A stretch of 64,000 nt of DNA, from IMG/VR virus record IMGVR_UViG_3300036770_008729, positions 62,001-126,000 of that record; one strand, 5' to 3'. The notes beneath the pieces are model-generated. The model searched no databases and had not been told where the DNA came from. It saw nothing but the letters and a program-made list of their open reading frames with translations. The position numbers were made by a program, and so were the translations under genes. Of this stretch, positions 55,364 through 64,000 are shown one piece after another (position 1 is the stretch's first letter; each line of letters opens with the position of its first letter).

Positions 55364-58300
55364 AAAAATTAACTCTATTTTTAATTGCGACCTTATTTAG
55401 TTTCATTGCAATTTCACAACCAGCAAATAATAATTGTGGAACTGCTCAAAACTTAGGAACATTACCAACTCCAGCGGCTTGTCCCAATGGTGTAGGTGCG
55501 AATGTCAATGTTACTGGAACAACTGTAAATGCTACTTATCCACTACCTTATAATTACTTATTAGGTTGTCAAACTGGTGGAAATCAACCAGCACCATCTC
55601 CTGATGTTTGGTATCAATTTGTGGCATCTGGAAATCAAGTCAATATAAATATAACACCTGGTTCTAGTCCATTTTTAGCTAATCCATCTATCACTCTTTG
55701 GTCTGGTAGTTGTGGTTCATTGAATGGATTCAACTGTGATAATAATGGATCTAACAATGGTAATAACTCTGCTACATTTGAACCATTAACACCAGGTCAA
55801 ACTTATTACATACAAATATCAGGTTCTTCTGCAACATCAACTGGTAACTTTAATATGACAGTAAACGCTAGTAATGATTGCAATAATTGTCTTCAAAATG
55901 TAAGTTTGGTTGCTACACCTAATCCAGTCAATGGATTTTATCAACCTGGTCAAACTATAAACTTTTGTTTAACAATAACTGGATATAATCAAGTAAGTTC
56001 AAATTGGCTTCATGGGGTAATACCAACTTTTGGTAATGGTTGGAATCTAGCTACACTTACAACAACACCGGCCAATTCTTGTTCAACTGCTGGAAATTGG
56101 CAATGGGCAAACTCTAACACATCAACTGCAACAAATCTCATCACAGGTCCCGGATTCTACTATTTCTCAGGATCTGGAGGTTCTGGTAATAACTTTGGAG
56201 ATAATGGATCGACTTGTACAAGAACTTTTTGTTGGTCTATTCAAACAAAATCAGGTTGCACATCAGGAAATAACTTAAATATATCAGTAAATACAACCGC
56301 TGATGGTGAAACTGGTTCTTGGACAAGTCCTGCTTGTCAGGGTGATCCAAATATAAACTTTGCTGCTCAATTGAATTGTTGTCAAACTACGGCTACATCA
56401 ACTTCTCTAACTTGTTTCGGTGGAACAAATGCTACGGCTACTGCAAATCCAACAGGTGTATCACCATTTAACTACTCTTGGAATACAACACCAGTTCAAA
56501 CAACTCAAACCGCTACTGGTCTTTCTGCTGGAAGTTATACAGTAACAGTAACTGATAACGGTGGTTGTGTTTCATCAGCCTCTGTTACAATCACTCAACC
56601 AACACAACTTCAAGTTACAACCACTTCAACAAATGCTAGTTGTGGTCAATTAAATGGATCTGCAACTGCTACTGCTTCAGGTGGAACTGGACCTTACTCC
56701 TACTCTTGGAATACAACTCCTGTTCAAACAACTGGAACCGCAACTGGACTTGGACCTGGAACTTATACAGTAACCGCAACATCTGCTGGTAACTGTCAAT
56801 CAACGGGTACGGTTACTATTTCATCAACTGGTTCAATAACTGCAACCTCGACATCAACTAATGTTACTTGTAATGGTGCAAATAATGGAACAGCTACTGC
56901 TAATCCAAATGGTTCTACTAATTATACTTATTTGTGGAATACAATACCTCCACAAAATACTCAAACCGCCACAGGTTTAGCTCCTGGTAGTTATACTTGC
57001 ACAGTGACAAGTTTTGGATGTCAGACAACTACAACAGTAACTATCACACAACCTCCAGTTTTAACTGCAGCAATAACAACATCAAATGTAATTTGTAATG
57101 GTGGAAATACTGGTTCGGCAGTTGTTACACCAAATGGTGGAACACCAGGATATACTTATCTTTGGACAACCTCACCAAATCAAATAACTGCTACTGCTAC
57201 AAATCTTACATCAGGAACTTACTCTGTAAATGTAACTGATTTGAATGGTTGTACTGTTATAGCATCAGCGAACATTACCCAACCTCAACAATTAAATATA
57301 ACTTTGGTATCATCACAGAATCCAGGATGTAGTGGTTCTTCAACTGGTCAAATTGTGGTTTCTGCATCAGGTGGTGTTGGACCTACTTACTTTTACACTT
57401 TGAATGGTGGAACTCCACAAACATCAGGAACTTTTACTGGATTATCAGGTGGAACTTATACTATTTCTGTAAGTGATGCAAATAACTGCACACAACAAAT
57501 ACAGGTTTCTTTGACTCAACCTTTTCCTATTTCTTCTTCTTATACAGTAACAAATGTTAATTGTAATAGTGGAAATAACGGACAAATACAATTAACGACT
57601 ATTGGAGGAACACCTCCATATACTTATCTTTGGTCTAATTCTTCTCAATCTCCAAATCTCACATCACTTACAGCGGGAACTTATTCAGTTGTTATTACGG
57701 ATGCTTCGGGTTGTCAATTTAATTTGACTAATATAGTAGTTACTCAACCAAATGCTATTAATATACTTTTAACTCCGAATCCATCTTCGATTTGTATTGG
57801 ACAATCTTCAAGTATCACTGCACTTATTGTTGGTGGGACTTTACCATACAACTTTGTATGGTCTAATGGTCAATTAACACAAAATATAACTGTTACACCT
57901 ACTACAACAACTGGTTATACTTTACAAGTATCAGATGCAAATGGTTGTGGACTTAGTGCTAATACGATTATTAATGTTAATCCACCACTCACTGTTTTAA
58001 CAACTTCCTCACAAGGAACTATTTGTGTTGGTCAATCATCGACATTAACTGCTAGTGTGACCGGAGGTAATGGTGGACCATATACTTATAACTGGAATCC
58101 AACAGCTCAATCTGGTCAGTCAATAATAGTAACACCGGGAACTACCACACTTTACACAGTGACAGTAGGTGATGGTTGTTCTACACCAGTAACTAGCACA
58201 GTAACAGTAAATGTTAATTTACTTCCGGTTGTTCAATATACAACAACTGCACTTTCAGGATGTGAGCCTTTAACTGTTACTTTTACCAATAATACACCAA

Positions 58301-58977
58301 ATGTAAATTGTGTTTGGTTTATAAATGGTAATCAAGTAACAAACTGCACCACATCTCAATCTTTTAATACATCTGGAAGTTATTCAGTAACTCTTTCAGT
58401 GACCAATACAAATGGTTGTTCTAACACATCACCAAATATATTGGTGAATGTTTATCCAAAGGCGGTTTCTAACTTTTCAGCTAACCCAATTGTAACAGAT
58501 TTATTAAACCCAAATGTTAGTTTTACCAACTTCTCTACCTCAGGAAATTATCAGTGGTCTTTTGGAGATGGAAACATTTCTTCACTTATAAACCCACAGA
58601 ATACCTATTCTGATACTGGAAGTTATAATGTTCAGTTAATTGTTGTTTCACCTGATGGGTGTAGGGACACTTCTTCACTTGAGATATACATAAGTGATTT
58701 ATTTACATTTTATATTCCTAATGCTTTTACACCGAATGGTGATGGTAAAAATGATGTATTCACACCTCAGATAAGTGGTGCAGAGTGGTATCAATTCTGG
58801 ATTTACAACAGATGGGGAGAGCAAATTTGGGACTCTGGAACTAATGGTGAACCTTGGAATGGAATCTATAAAGGTAGTTTAGTTCAACAAGATGTTTATG
58901 TTTGGAAGTTGATTGTAAAGGAAAAACAACGAGGCAAAAAGCATTTATTTACAGGACATGTTAGTGTTATTAAATAA
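55360..58977 (+). CDS. SprB-repeat/PKD adhesin-like protein with T9SS type B (gliding motility-associated) C-terminal domain
   Basis: Signal peptide; repeated YSWNT...ATGL..G.YTVTVTD..GC units; PKD (WSFGDG); CTD YIPNAFTPNGDGKNDVF...IYNRWGE...WNG...DVYVWK. Confidence 0.9.
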   Translation: MKKLTLFLIATLFSFIAISQPANNNCGTAQNLGTLPTPAACPNGVGANVNVTGTTVNATYPLPYNYLLGCQTGGNQPAPSPDVWYQFVASGNQVNINITPGSSPFLANPSITLWSGSCGSLNGFNCDNNGSNNGNNSATFEPLTPGQTYYIQISGSSATSTGNFNMTVNASNDCNNCLQNVSLVATPNPVNGFYQPGQTINFCLTITGYNQVSSNWLHGVIPTFGNGWNLATLTTTPANSCSTAGNWQWANSNTSTATNLITGPGFYYFSGSGGSGNNFGDNGSTCTRTFCWSIQTKSGCTSGNNLNISVNTTADGETGSWTSPACQGDPNINFAAQLNCCQTTATSTSLTCFGGTNATATANPTGVSPFNYSWNTTPVQTTQTATGLSAGSYTVTVTDNGGCVSSASVTITQPTQLQVTTTSTNASCGQLNGSATATASGGTGPYSYSWNTTPVQTTGTATGLGPGTYTVTATSAGNCQSTGTVTISSTGSITATSTSTNVTCNGANNGTATANPNGSTNYTYLWNTIPPQNTQTATGLAPGSYTCTVTSFGCQTTTTVTITQPPVLTAAITTSNVICNGGNTGSAVVTPNGGTPGYTYLWTTSPNQITATATNLTSGTYSVNVTDLNGCTVIASANITQPQQLNITLVSSQNPGCSGSSTGQIVVSASGGVGPTYFYTLNGGTPQTSGTFTGLSGGTYTISVSDANNCTQQIQVSLTQPFPISSSYTVTNVNCNSGNNGQIQLTTIGGTPPYTYLWSNSSQSPNLTSLTAGTYSVVITDASGCQFNLTNIVVTQPNAINILLTPNPSSICIGQSSSITALIVGGTLPYNFVWSNGQLTQNITVTPTTTTGYTLQVSDANGCGLSANTIINVNPPLTVLTTSSQGTICVGQSSTLTASVTGGNGGPYTYNWNPTAQSGQSIIVTPGTTTLYTVTVGDGCSTPVTSTVTVNVNLLPVVQYTTTALSGCEPLTVTFTNNTPNVNCVWFINGNQVTNCTTSQSFNTSGSYSVTLSVTNTNGCSNTSPNILVNVYPKAVSNFSANPIVTDLLNPNVSFTNFSTSGNYQWSFGDGNISSLINPQNTYSDTGSYNVQLIVVSPDGCRDTSSLEIYISDLFTFYIPNAFTPNGDGKNDVFTPQISGAEWYQFWIYNRWGEQIWDSGTNGEPWNGIYKGSLVQQDVYVWKLIVKEKQRGKKHLFTGHVSVIK

Positions 58978-58980
58978 ATT

Positions 58981-59009
58981 AAAAAACCTGTTGAAAGACA
59001 GGTTTTTTT
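58981..59009 (+). terminator. intrinsic terminator
   Basis: aaaaaacctgt-tgaaag-acaggtttttt. Confidence 0.8.
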
Positions 59010-59037
59010 ATTGCAATTTTTTTACTATATTTGTATT

Positions 59038-59430
59038 ATGAGAAAAGAAAGCATTATAGAAATGATTGATAAAAGAATTATTGAAAACTTTGTCAATGGT
59101 TATAGTCCAGAGTTTATTATAGCTGACATACAATCAAAAACAGATAAAATGTCTGACTTTATTACAAATCAAGGAATTGATTTAGAAAAATTTATTGATA
59201 TGGATTTTGATGTTTTAACTGATGATGATTTCTCAAAAGATAAATTACCAATGACTAGAACTAAATATACAGTTTACTATGTTAAACAATCTAGAAAAAG
59301 AATAAAAGATATAAACTGGATTATTGAGAATTGTAAAAGATTTCCACATTTATCAAAATCACAAGTATTTAGGTTGATTAAACTTAGAGAAAAGTTGAGT
59401 CGTGAGAACGCTATTGAATTACCCTTTTAA
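59038..59430 (+). CDS. hypothetical protein
   Basis: Start reassigned to ATG 59038, 4 nt after TATATTTG (59026-59033). Confidence 0.65.
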   Translation: MRKESIIEMIDKRIIENFVNGYSPEFIIADIQSKTDKMSDFITNQGIDLEKFIDMDFDVLTDDDFSKDKLPMTRTKYTVYYVKQSRKRIKDINWIIENCKRFPHLSKSQVFRLIKLREKLSRENAIELPF

Positions 59431-60162
59431 GTTTCTTATCCATTCAGAGAACTTTATTAAGCTTTCATTAAGTGTCTCAACAAAATTAAAATCTTTTAAG
59501 AAGTCACCAAAGTCTTCAACATAACCTTTTTTACTTTCATCTGTTTTGGTTTGAGTCCATTGCCAGTTAAAACTTAATTGAGTTGGTGTTTTAAACCCGA
59601 AGAATTTTAACACTTCTTTTTCTAATTCAACTGCTTCACTTCCATTCCAGTTATGACCAGTTGCTACAATTCCAACTTCTTTATCCTTTAATAAGTTAGA
59701 TTCTCCTAATGTAGTGTGTCTATTCTCAAGCCAAGTTAATCTTTCAATTAATTGTGTGTAGATAGCATTCATTTTACCCCATCTTATAGATCCAAAAAAG
59801 ATAACTATATCTGCCTCAAAGATTGCATTTGCAACTTTATACATTTCATCTGATTTATTATTGAGTGAAGCCCAACATCTAATTATTTTATGTGGATTCT
59901 TTTCTTTATCCTTTAGAAGTGCGTCTTTTAGACCACAAGTATTTCCTCTTTTAGTTGATACATTACCTTCACATGGAAAGATTTTAAGTTTAGACACATT
60001 AATAATCTCTATACCTTCAATCTTTTTAGCAATTTCATCTGCTATTATAGAAGATTTAGGAAGTTCTTTATCACCAGACCATCTATTAGAAGTAGTAAGA
60101 AAAACAATCTTTTTCTTTTGATTTTTCTTAAGATAGTTGTAAAGTCTTTTCAATTTATCCAT
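59419..60162 (-). CDS. flavodoxin-like / NAD(P)H-dependent FMN reductase family protein
   Basis: LTTSNR, IFPCEG, CWAS, ADIVIFFGSIRWG, VATGHNW; start reassigned to 60162. Confidence 0.75.
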   Translation of the reverse strand: MDKLKRLYNYLKKNQKKKIVFLTTSNRWSGDKELPKSSIIADEIAKKIEGIEIINVSKLKIFPCEGNVSTKRGNTCGLKDALLKDKEKNPHKIIRCWASLNNKSDEMYKVANAIFEADIVIFFGSIRWGKMNAIYTQLIERLTWLENRHTTLGESNLLKDKEVGIVATGHNWNGSEAVELEKEVLKFFGFKTPTQLSFNWQWTQTKTDESKKGYVEDFGDFLKDFNFVETLNESLIKFSEWIRNLKG

Positions 60163-60207
60163 ATTGTATATATAAAAAAAAGAATATACAATCTTAATAT
60201 ATACAAT

Positions 60208-60540
60208 ATGAAAAAGTTTACACAATTAAACGAAGCTAAGTTTTTTACACCAGATCCAAGTATTATTAAAAAATATGCTGCTAGAATTATTCCCCTTTAT
60301 ATAACTGGTGAATTAAAGACTAGAGATACTAAATTAGTAGATGAGTGGTTAGAGATGAATAGGTCATCTGAATCTCACAAAAATGAAAATGTTATTTGTG
60401 ATTTAGAAATTATAGCAATAAAAAACATTTTTGATAATCCACTAACTAATAATGGATATTCTCAATTAGTTCAAGATATAGATGCTGGTTGTCCACGATT
60501 AGAAAGATTTTTAAGACCTATTATTTTCAAAAAGTTCTAA
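60208..60540 (+). CDS. hypothetical protein with CTS-like N-terminus
   Basis: MKKFTQLNEAK; AATATATA (60196-60203) 4 nt upstream. Confidence 0.7.
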   Translation: MKKFTQLNEAKFFTPDPSIIKKYAARIIPLYITGELKTRDTKLVDEWLEMNRSSESHKNENVICDLEIIAIKNIFDNPLTNNGYSQLVQDIDAGCPRLERFLRPIIFKKF

Positions 60541-60601
60541 AACTTTTGAAATTATCAAACATATATATTTTATCATATCTGCATAAATTATATATAGGTT
60601 C

Positions 60602-62020
60602 ATGAAGAATATTTTTTTAACTTTAATATTTTCTCTGATATCAAATCTTTGCTTATCACAAGCTTATTCTACCTGTGCATTAGCCTCTGCGGGTATAGCT
60701 ATATCAAGTGGTGGGTGTATTAATAATCAAACCTTCACAGGGAGTGTAAATATGGCCGGTCTTTGTGTAGGCGGTAATAATCCAGCAATTCACATTAAGT
60801 TTGTAGCTGGTTCTTGTTCACAATTTACAATTACACCAACTGCCAATATCGCTAACATAGGAACTCAAATTCTAACTACTGCGTGTAGTGGTGTTGTTGG
60901 TACAACTGCTTGTCACGAAAATGTTATTGCTGGTGTTCCATTTATGGCAGATGCACATGATAATAGTGGTAATTATTTATTGACACCAGGTACAACTTAT
61001 GTTTTGAGAATATGGGGTGCTGTAGGTACCTCAACATTTAATATTTGTTATAATTCTGGAGTAACAGAGAATCCATCAAACGAATGTTCTGGTGCGTTTG
61101 GTTTAGGAACACTTCCTACGCAGTTTTATAATGGTGGTGATTGCTCATTTACTGGATCTGGAACTGATGCTACAACTTCGGATCCAGCTGCTTCTGGTTT
61201 GTGTGCTGGTTCATTGGAAAATACTCAATGGATTAAATTTCAACCATTGGCTGGTGTTTCTACATTTCAAATTATTGGTAGTTCTATCAATTGTACTGGT
61301 GGTGGATGTGGATTTCAATTTGGTATATTTTCAGGAAGTTGTGGATCTTTAATCTCTGAGGGTTGTTATGGGAATAAAGTTTGCTCTGGTGGACAGTCTG
61401 TATCAGGTCCTACTAACGTTAGTGCTACTGATGGATTTTCAATAGCTTGGTCTGGTACTTCTACAACTGGATTTACAGCAACTATTACAAAAACCGGTGG
61501 TGGTAATTTTATCGGTACAGAGGTTTTTTACTTAGTTATGGATGGCAATGCTGATGCTGATTGTCAATATACTTTACAAGGAACAAATTTACAGGCTTTA
61601 CCAATTGAATTAATCTCTTTTGAAGGTCATTTCAATGGTGAGTTAAACGTTTTACAGTGGTCATGTGCAACTGAAATAAATAATGATTATTTTAGTTTAG
61701 AAAGGTCGGATGATGGAGTAAGTTGGGGAAGTATTGTAAATATATCAGGTGTAGGTAATTCCAACTTAATAACAAATTACTCTTATTATGATAATACTTT
61801 TTTACCTGAAAGGTTTAATTACTATAGATTAAAACAAGTTGACTTCGATGGTAGTTTCAAGTACTTTGATATTATTGCAATAAACAATATGAATATAAAT
61901 AAGCCTAAACTACTAAGAGTTTATAATATCTTAGGGAATAAAGTAGACAAAGAATCAACTGGACTATTGATATATGAATACTCAGATGGTAGTTTCAAAA
62001 AGACATTCGTTAAAGATTAA
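60602..62020 (+). CDS. Cys/Gly-rich secreted protein with Bacteroidota T9SS-type C-terminal region
   Basis: Signal peptide; LPIELISF...WSCATEINNDYFSLERS...YYRLKQVDFDG; short CTD VYNILG...YEYSDGSFKK. Confidence 0.8.
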   Translation: MKNIFLTLIFSLISNLCLSQAYSTCALASAGIAISSGGCINNQTFTGSVNMAGLCVGGNNPAIHIKFVAGSCSQFTITPTANIANIGTQILTTACSGVVGTTACHENVIAGVPFMADAHDNSGNYLLTPGTTYVLRIWGAVGTSTFNICYNSGVTENPSNECSGAFGLGTLPTQFYNGGDCSFTGSGTDATTSDPAASGLCAGSLENTQWIKFQPLAGVSTFQIIGSSINCTGGGCGFQFGIFSGSCGSLISEGCYGNKVCSGGQSVSGPTNVSATDGFSIAWSGTSTTGFTATITKTGGGNFIGTEVFYLVMDGNADADCQYTLQGTNLQALPIELISFEGHFNGELNVLQWSCATEINNDYFSLERSDDGVSWGSIVNISGVGNSNLITNYSYYDNTFLPERFNYYRLKQVDFDGSFKYFDIIAINNMNINKPKLLRVYNILGNKVDKESTGLLIYEYSDGSFKKTFVKD

Positions 62021-62904
62021 TCCTCTATACAAGAAGGTGGCTTTATATTTCTTTTGAATTTCCAATGCATATTCTCCCAATCTTGTATTTCTTTATTAAG
62101 ATTTTTAATTTCCTCAGCAAATAAATTTAATTCCTCTTTTTGAGTATTAAAATCTCTTACTTTATCATTAATTTCATCTTCCTGTTGAGTAAGTTTATCT
62201 TCTTTTCTTTTAAGTTCTTTTGATAAATTTTCTAATTCTTTTTCTTTATCTGAAACTAATTTTAAGTCAGTATCAATTTTAGATTGTAGTTCTGCATACT
62301 TAGAATCTAAATCTTTTGATGATTCTAAAAGACTTCTATCAAAGTTTCTTTCTTTTTCTTTTAAGTCTTGTAATTTATCTTCTAAGTCTAGTTGTTTTTC
62401 AGTAAGATCTCTTGATCGAGTTCTTAATTCATCCTCTTTTTTATCTAATGATTTTAACTCTTCTTTATGCTCAGACTCTCTTTTTTCAACTCTTTTAAGT
62501 CTGATGTCAATCTCCTCTTCTTTGTCTTTGATTCTTCTTTCTCTATTGTTTAAGTCTGTTTCTTTCCATTCTATCTCTTTAACCTTAGATTCGTCCATAG
62601 TTGGACCACTATTTTGTGGAATGGATGAAAGAATCATATCCTCAATGAATGGTATTAATTTCTTACCTAATTGAGCAGGTTGTGGCATTTTTTCAGACCT
62701 CATAAAAGATAACAACTCAGCTTTCCAGTCAATGATTTCAAAAATCTGAGGATTCATCTCAATAACTTCTTTATCAAGTGGAATAGTGTCTCCTTTTAAT
62801 TTATATTTGAATTCTTCAATTATTGTTCCAGATTTTATTAAAAATATCTTTTTATCAGGACTTACATATTGATAATCTGATAAAAGCTTGTGTTTAATCT
62901 TCAT
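62017..62904 (-). CDS. long coiled-coil protein
   Basis: About 170 aa of E/K/L heptads; TATAAATA upstream. Confidence 0.75.
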   Translation of the reverse strand: MKIKHKLLSDYQYVSPDKKIFLIKSGTIIEEFKYKLKGDTIPLDKEVIEMNPQIFEIIDWKAELLSFMRSEKMPQPAQLGKKLIPFIEDMILSSIPQNSGPTMDESKVKEIEWKETDLNNRERRIKDKEEEIDIRLKRVEKRESEHKEELKSLDKKEDELRTRSRDLTEKQLDLEDKLQDLKEKERNFDRSLLESSKDLDSKYAELQSKIDTDLKLVSDKEKELENLSKELKRKEDKLTQQEDEINDKVRDFNTQKEELNLFAEEIKNLNKEIQDWENMHWKFKRNIKPPSCIED

Positions 62905-63006
62905 GTTAGTAGATAAATTTTATTTATATATAAAAAACCTTCTTTTTTGTTTATTATATTGAATTATTTACTTTCTAGATTAATATATAAAATAAATTTC
63001 ATAAAA

Positions 63007-63576
63007 ATGCCAAAAAGAATATTTCTAAAAGAAAATGTAGTTGTAGGGTCAAACCCACCTGGTGGTTATAAATCCTTAGAATTAAACACATCCGGTGATT
63101 TATCTTTAAAAAGTTCGGGTGGAACAGTTTCTGCAGTATCTGGTGGATCTGATATTTTTGTATTCAAAACTTCTTCTCAAGACGATTCAAGTAATACTTT
63201 AGTAAATGATACTGAGCTTTTTTTCACAGCACTTGCAAATTCTACATATATTGTTAATACTTGCTTTATCTTAAATGTAAATGATAGTAGTGGTTATATT
63301 AGTGCTAAAATAGATACTACTAACTCACCAGATGTTTATGGTGATTGGATATTATTAGATAGAGGAAGTGGTGGTCAATATTATGGACAAAGTACTCCTG
63401 TAGTAACTGATACGGTAATCTATGTTGCTGATGAGAGTGGAACATATTCGCTTAACAATAAGTTTTTGATAAAAACATCTACTGAAAGTTTGATTACTGT
63501 TCAATTTAAGTCAGATGGTTCAACTACTGCAACTATGAATACTGGTTCTTATCTTCATGCTCAAAAAGTAGCATAA
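63007..63576 (+). CDS. possible virion structural protein (fibre/decoration-like)
   Basis: S/T/G-rich beta composition; AATATATA upstream; start reassigned to MPKRIF at 63007. Confidence 0.5.
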   Translation: MPKRIFLKENVVVGSNPPGGYKSLELNTSGDLSLKSSGGTVSAVSGGSDIFVFKTSSQDDSSNTLVNDTELFFTALANSTYIVNTCFILNVNDSSGYISAKIDTTNSPDVYGDWILLDRGSGGQYYGQSTPVVTDTVIYVADESGTYSLNNKFLIKTSTESLITVQFKSDGSTTATMNTGSYLHAQKVA

Positions 63577-63613
63577 AATAGTTTTTCTTAATTTTTTTTC
63601 ATATTTTTGTAAT

Positions 63614-64000
63614 ATGAAAAAATCTCAATTAAATAATCTAATCAGATTTTGCTTTAACTTTCATCAAACTATGGATGTTATTTGGGCTCTACAAACACCT
63701 GACTATATTTGGGAAAAGTGGCAAAAGTATATTGGATTTGCACCTAATAAATTAGAATTATACCCATCTAATGACCAGACCATAAAGTGGTTAAAAACTT
63801 GGAATGTTAGTAATGAAGATTGGGAAAAATTAAAAGAAATTATCAACTTTATCCAAGTGGTAAATAGTAAGGCACTTGTGGTGTCTGGTGGTAATGATAA
63901 TGGTAGATTTAATCAATGGTCTCCATCAGAATTAATTTCTGAATTTGAAAATTTAATTGGTGATAAAAATAAAATAAATGATTTAGAATATAAAAGACTA
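63614..64000 (+). CDS. hypothetical protein, runs off the right edge
   Basis: MKKSQLNNLIRFCFNF... open to window end; TATTTTTG (63602-63609) 4 nt upstream. Confidence 0.7.
   Translation, partial: MKKSQLNNLIRFCFNFHQTMDVIWALQTPDYIWEKWQKYIGFAPNKLELYPSNDQTIKWLKTWNVSNEDWEKLKEIINFIQVVNSKALVVSGGNDNGRFNQWSPSELISEFENLIGDKNKINDLEYKRL

Noticed and set aside
56400-57760. Recurring ~270-nt units in the large plus-strand gene as a DNA repeat or mobile element
   Set aside because: They are degenerate SprB-type protein repeats, not nucleotide-level repeats.
1-64000. Alternative genetic code (TAG or TGA recoding), suggested by the TAG at 38179
   Set aside because: Long conserved genes are uninterrupted in code 11, and TAG/TGA end genes at sensible places (yeaH TAG 29702 just before spoVR, many ATGA overlaps).
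1-64000. Bacterial chromosome origin, given dnaK, dnaJ, grpE, nusG, adk and T9SS genes
   Set aside because: These genes lack their bacterial operon contexts (nusG has no secE/rplK) and are interleaved with gp13-like neck, T4-type RNase H, gp39/52 topoisomerase, Rnl1 and dense small hypotheticals. Phage origin is still inference without the rest of the contig.
1-64000. tRNA, rRNA or CRISPR arrays
   Set aside because: No cloverleaf with T-loop/CCA in intergenic space and no regularly spaced direct repeats seen by eye; GGTTCGA at about 3483 lies inside a CDS. tRNAscan and CRISPR finders were not run.

Overview
AT-rich, gene-dense 64 kb segment that reads best as part of a T4-like jumbo phage infecting a Bacteroidota host, using the standard genetic code. 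Phage markers are a gp13-like neck protein, T4-type RNase H, split gp39+60/gp52 topoisomerase II, Rnl1 RNA ligase, a PG-binding amidase endolysin and a decayed homing endonuclease. Host markers are TAnnTTTG promoters, Bacteroidota-type NusG/Csp/Adk and three T9SS cargo genes. It carries many host-like stress and RNA-metabolism genes: DnaK/DnaJ/GrpE, a complete PrkA-YeaH-SpoVR operon, UvsE, CCA-adding enzyme, RNA-repair HAD and receiver domains, GMPR/IMPDH and a flavodoxin-like protein. Four unexplained patterns stand out. (1) About 15 proteins share an N-terminal peptide resembling the T4 capsid-targeting sequence, including a CCA enzyme, an HExxH peptidase and a PD-(D/E)XK-like protein. (2) About 17 other small proteins share a C-terminal R-(D/N/E)-x-K-(I/L)-x-x-(I/L) tail. 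(3) Two different 8-mer motifs each sit about 4 nt before start codons and broadly separate those two protein classes. (4) There are three candidate structured RNAs and an ArfA/BrfA-like peptide. All family calls are by motif recognition, not database searches. No tRNA, rRNA or CRISPR array was seen.
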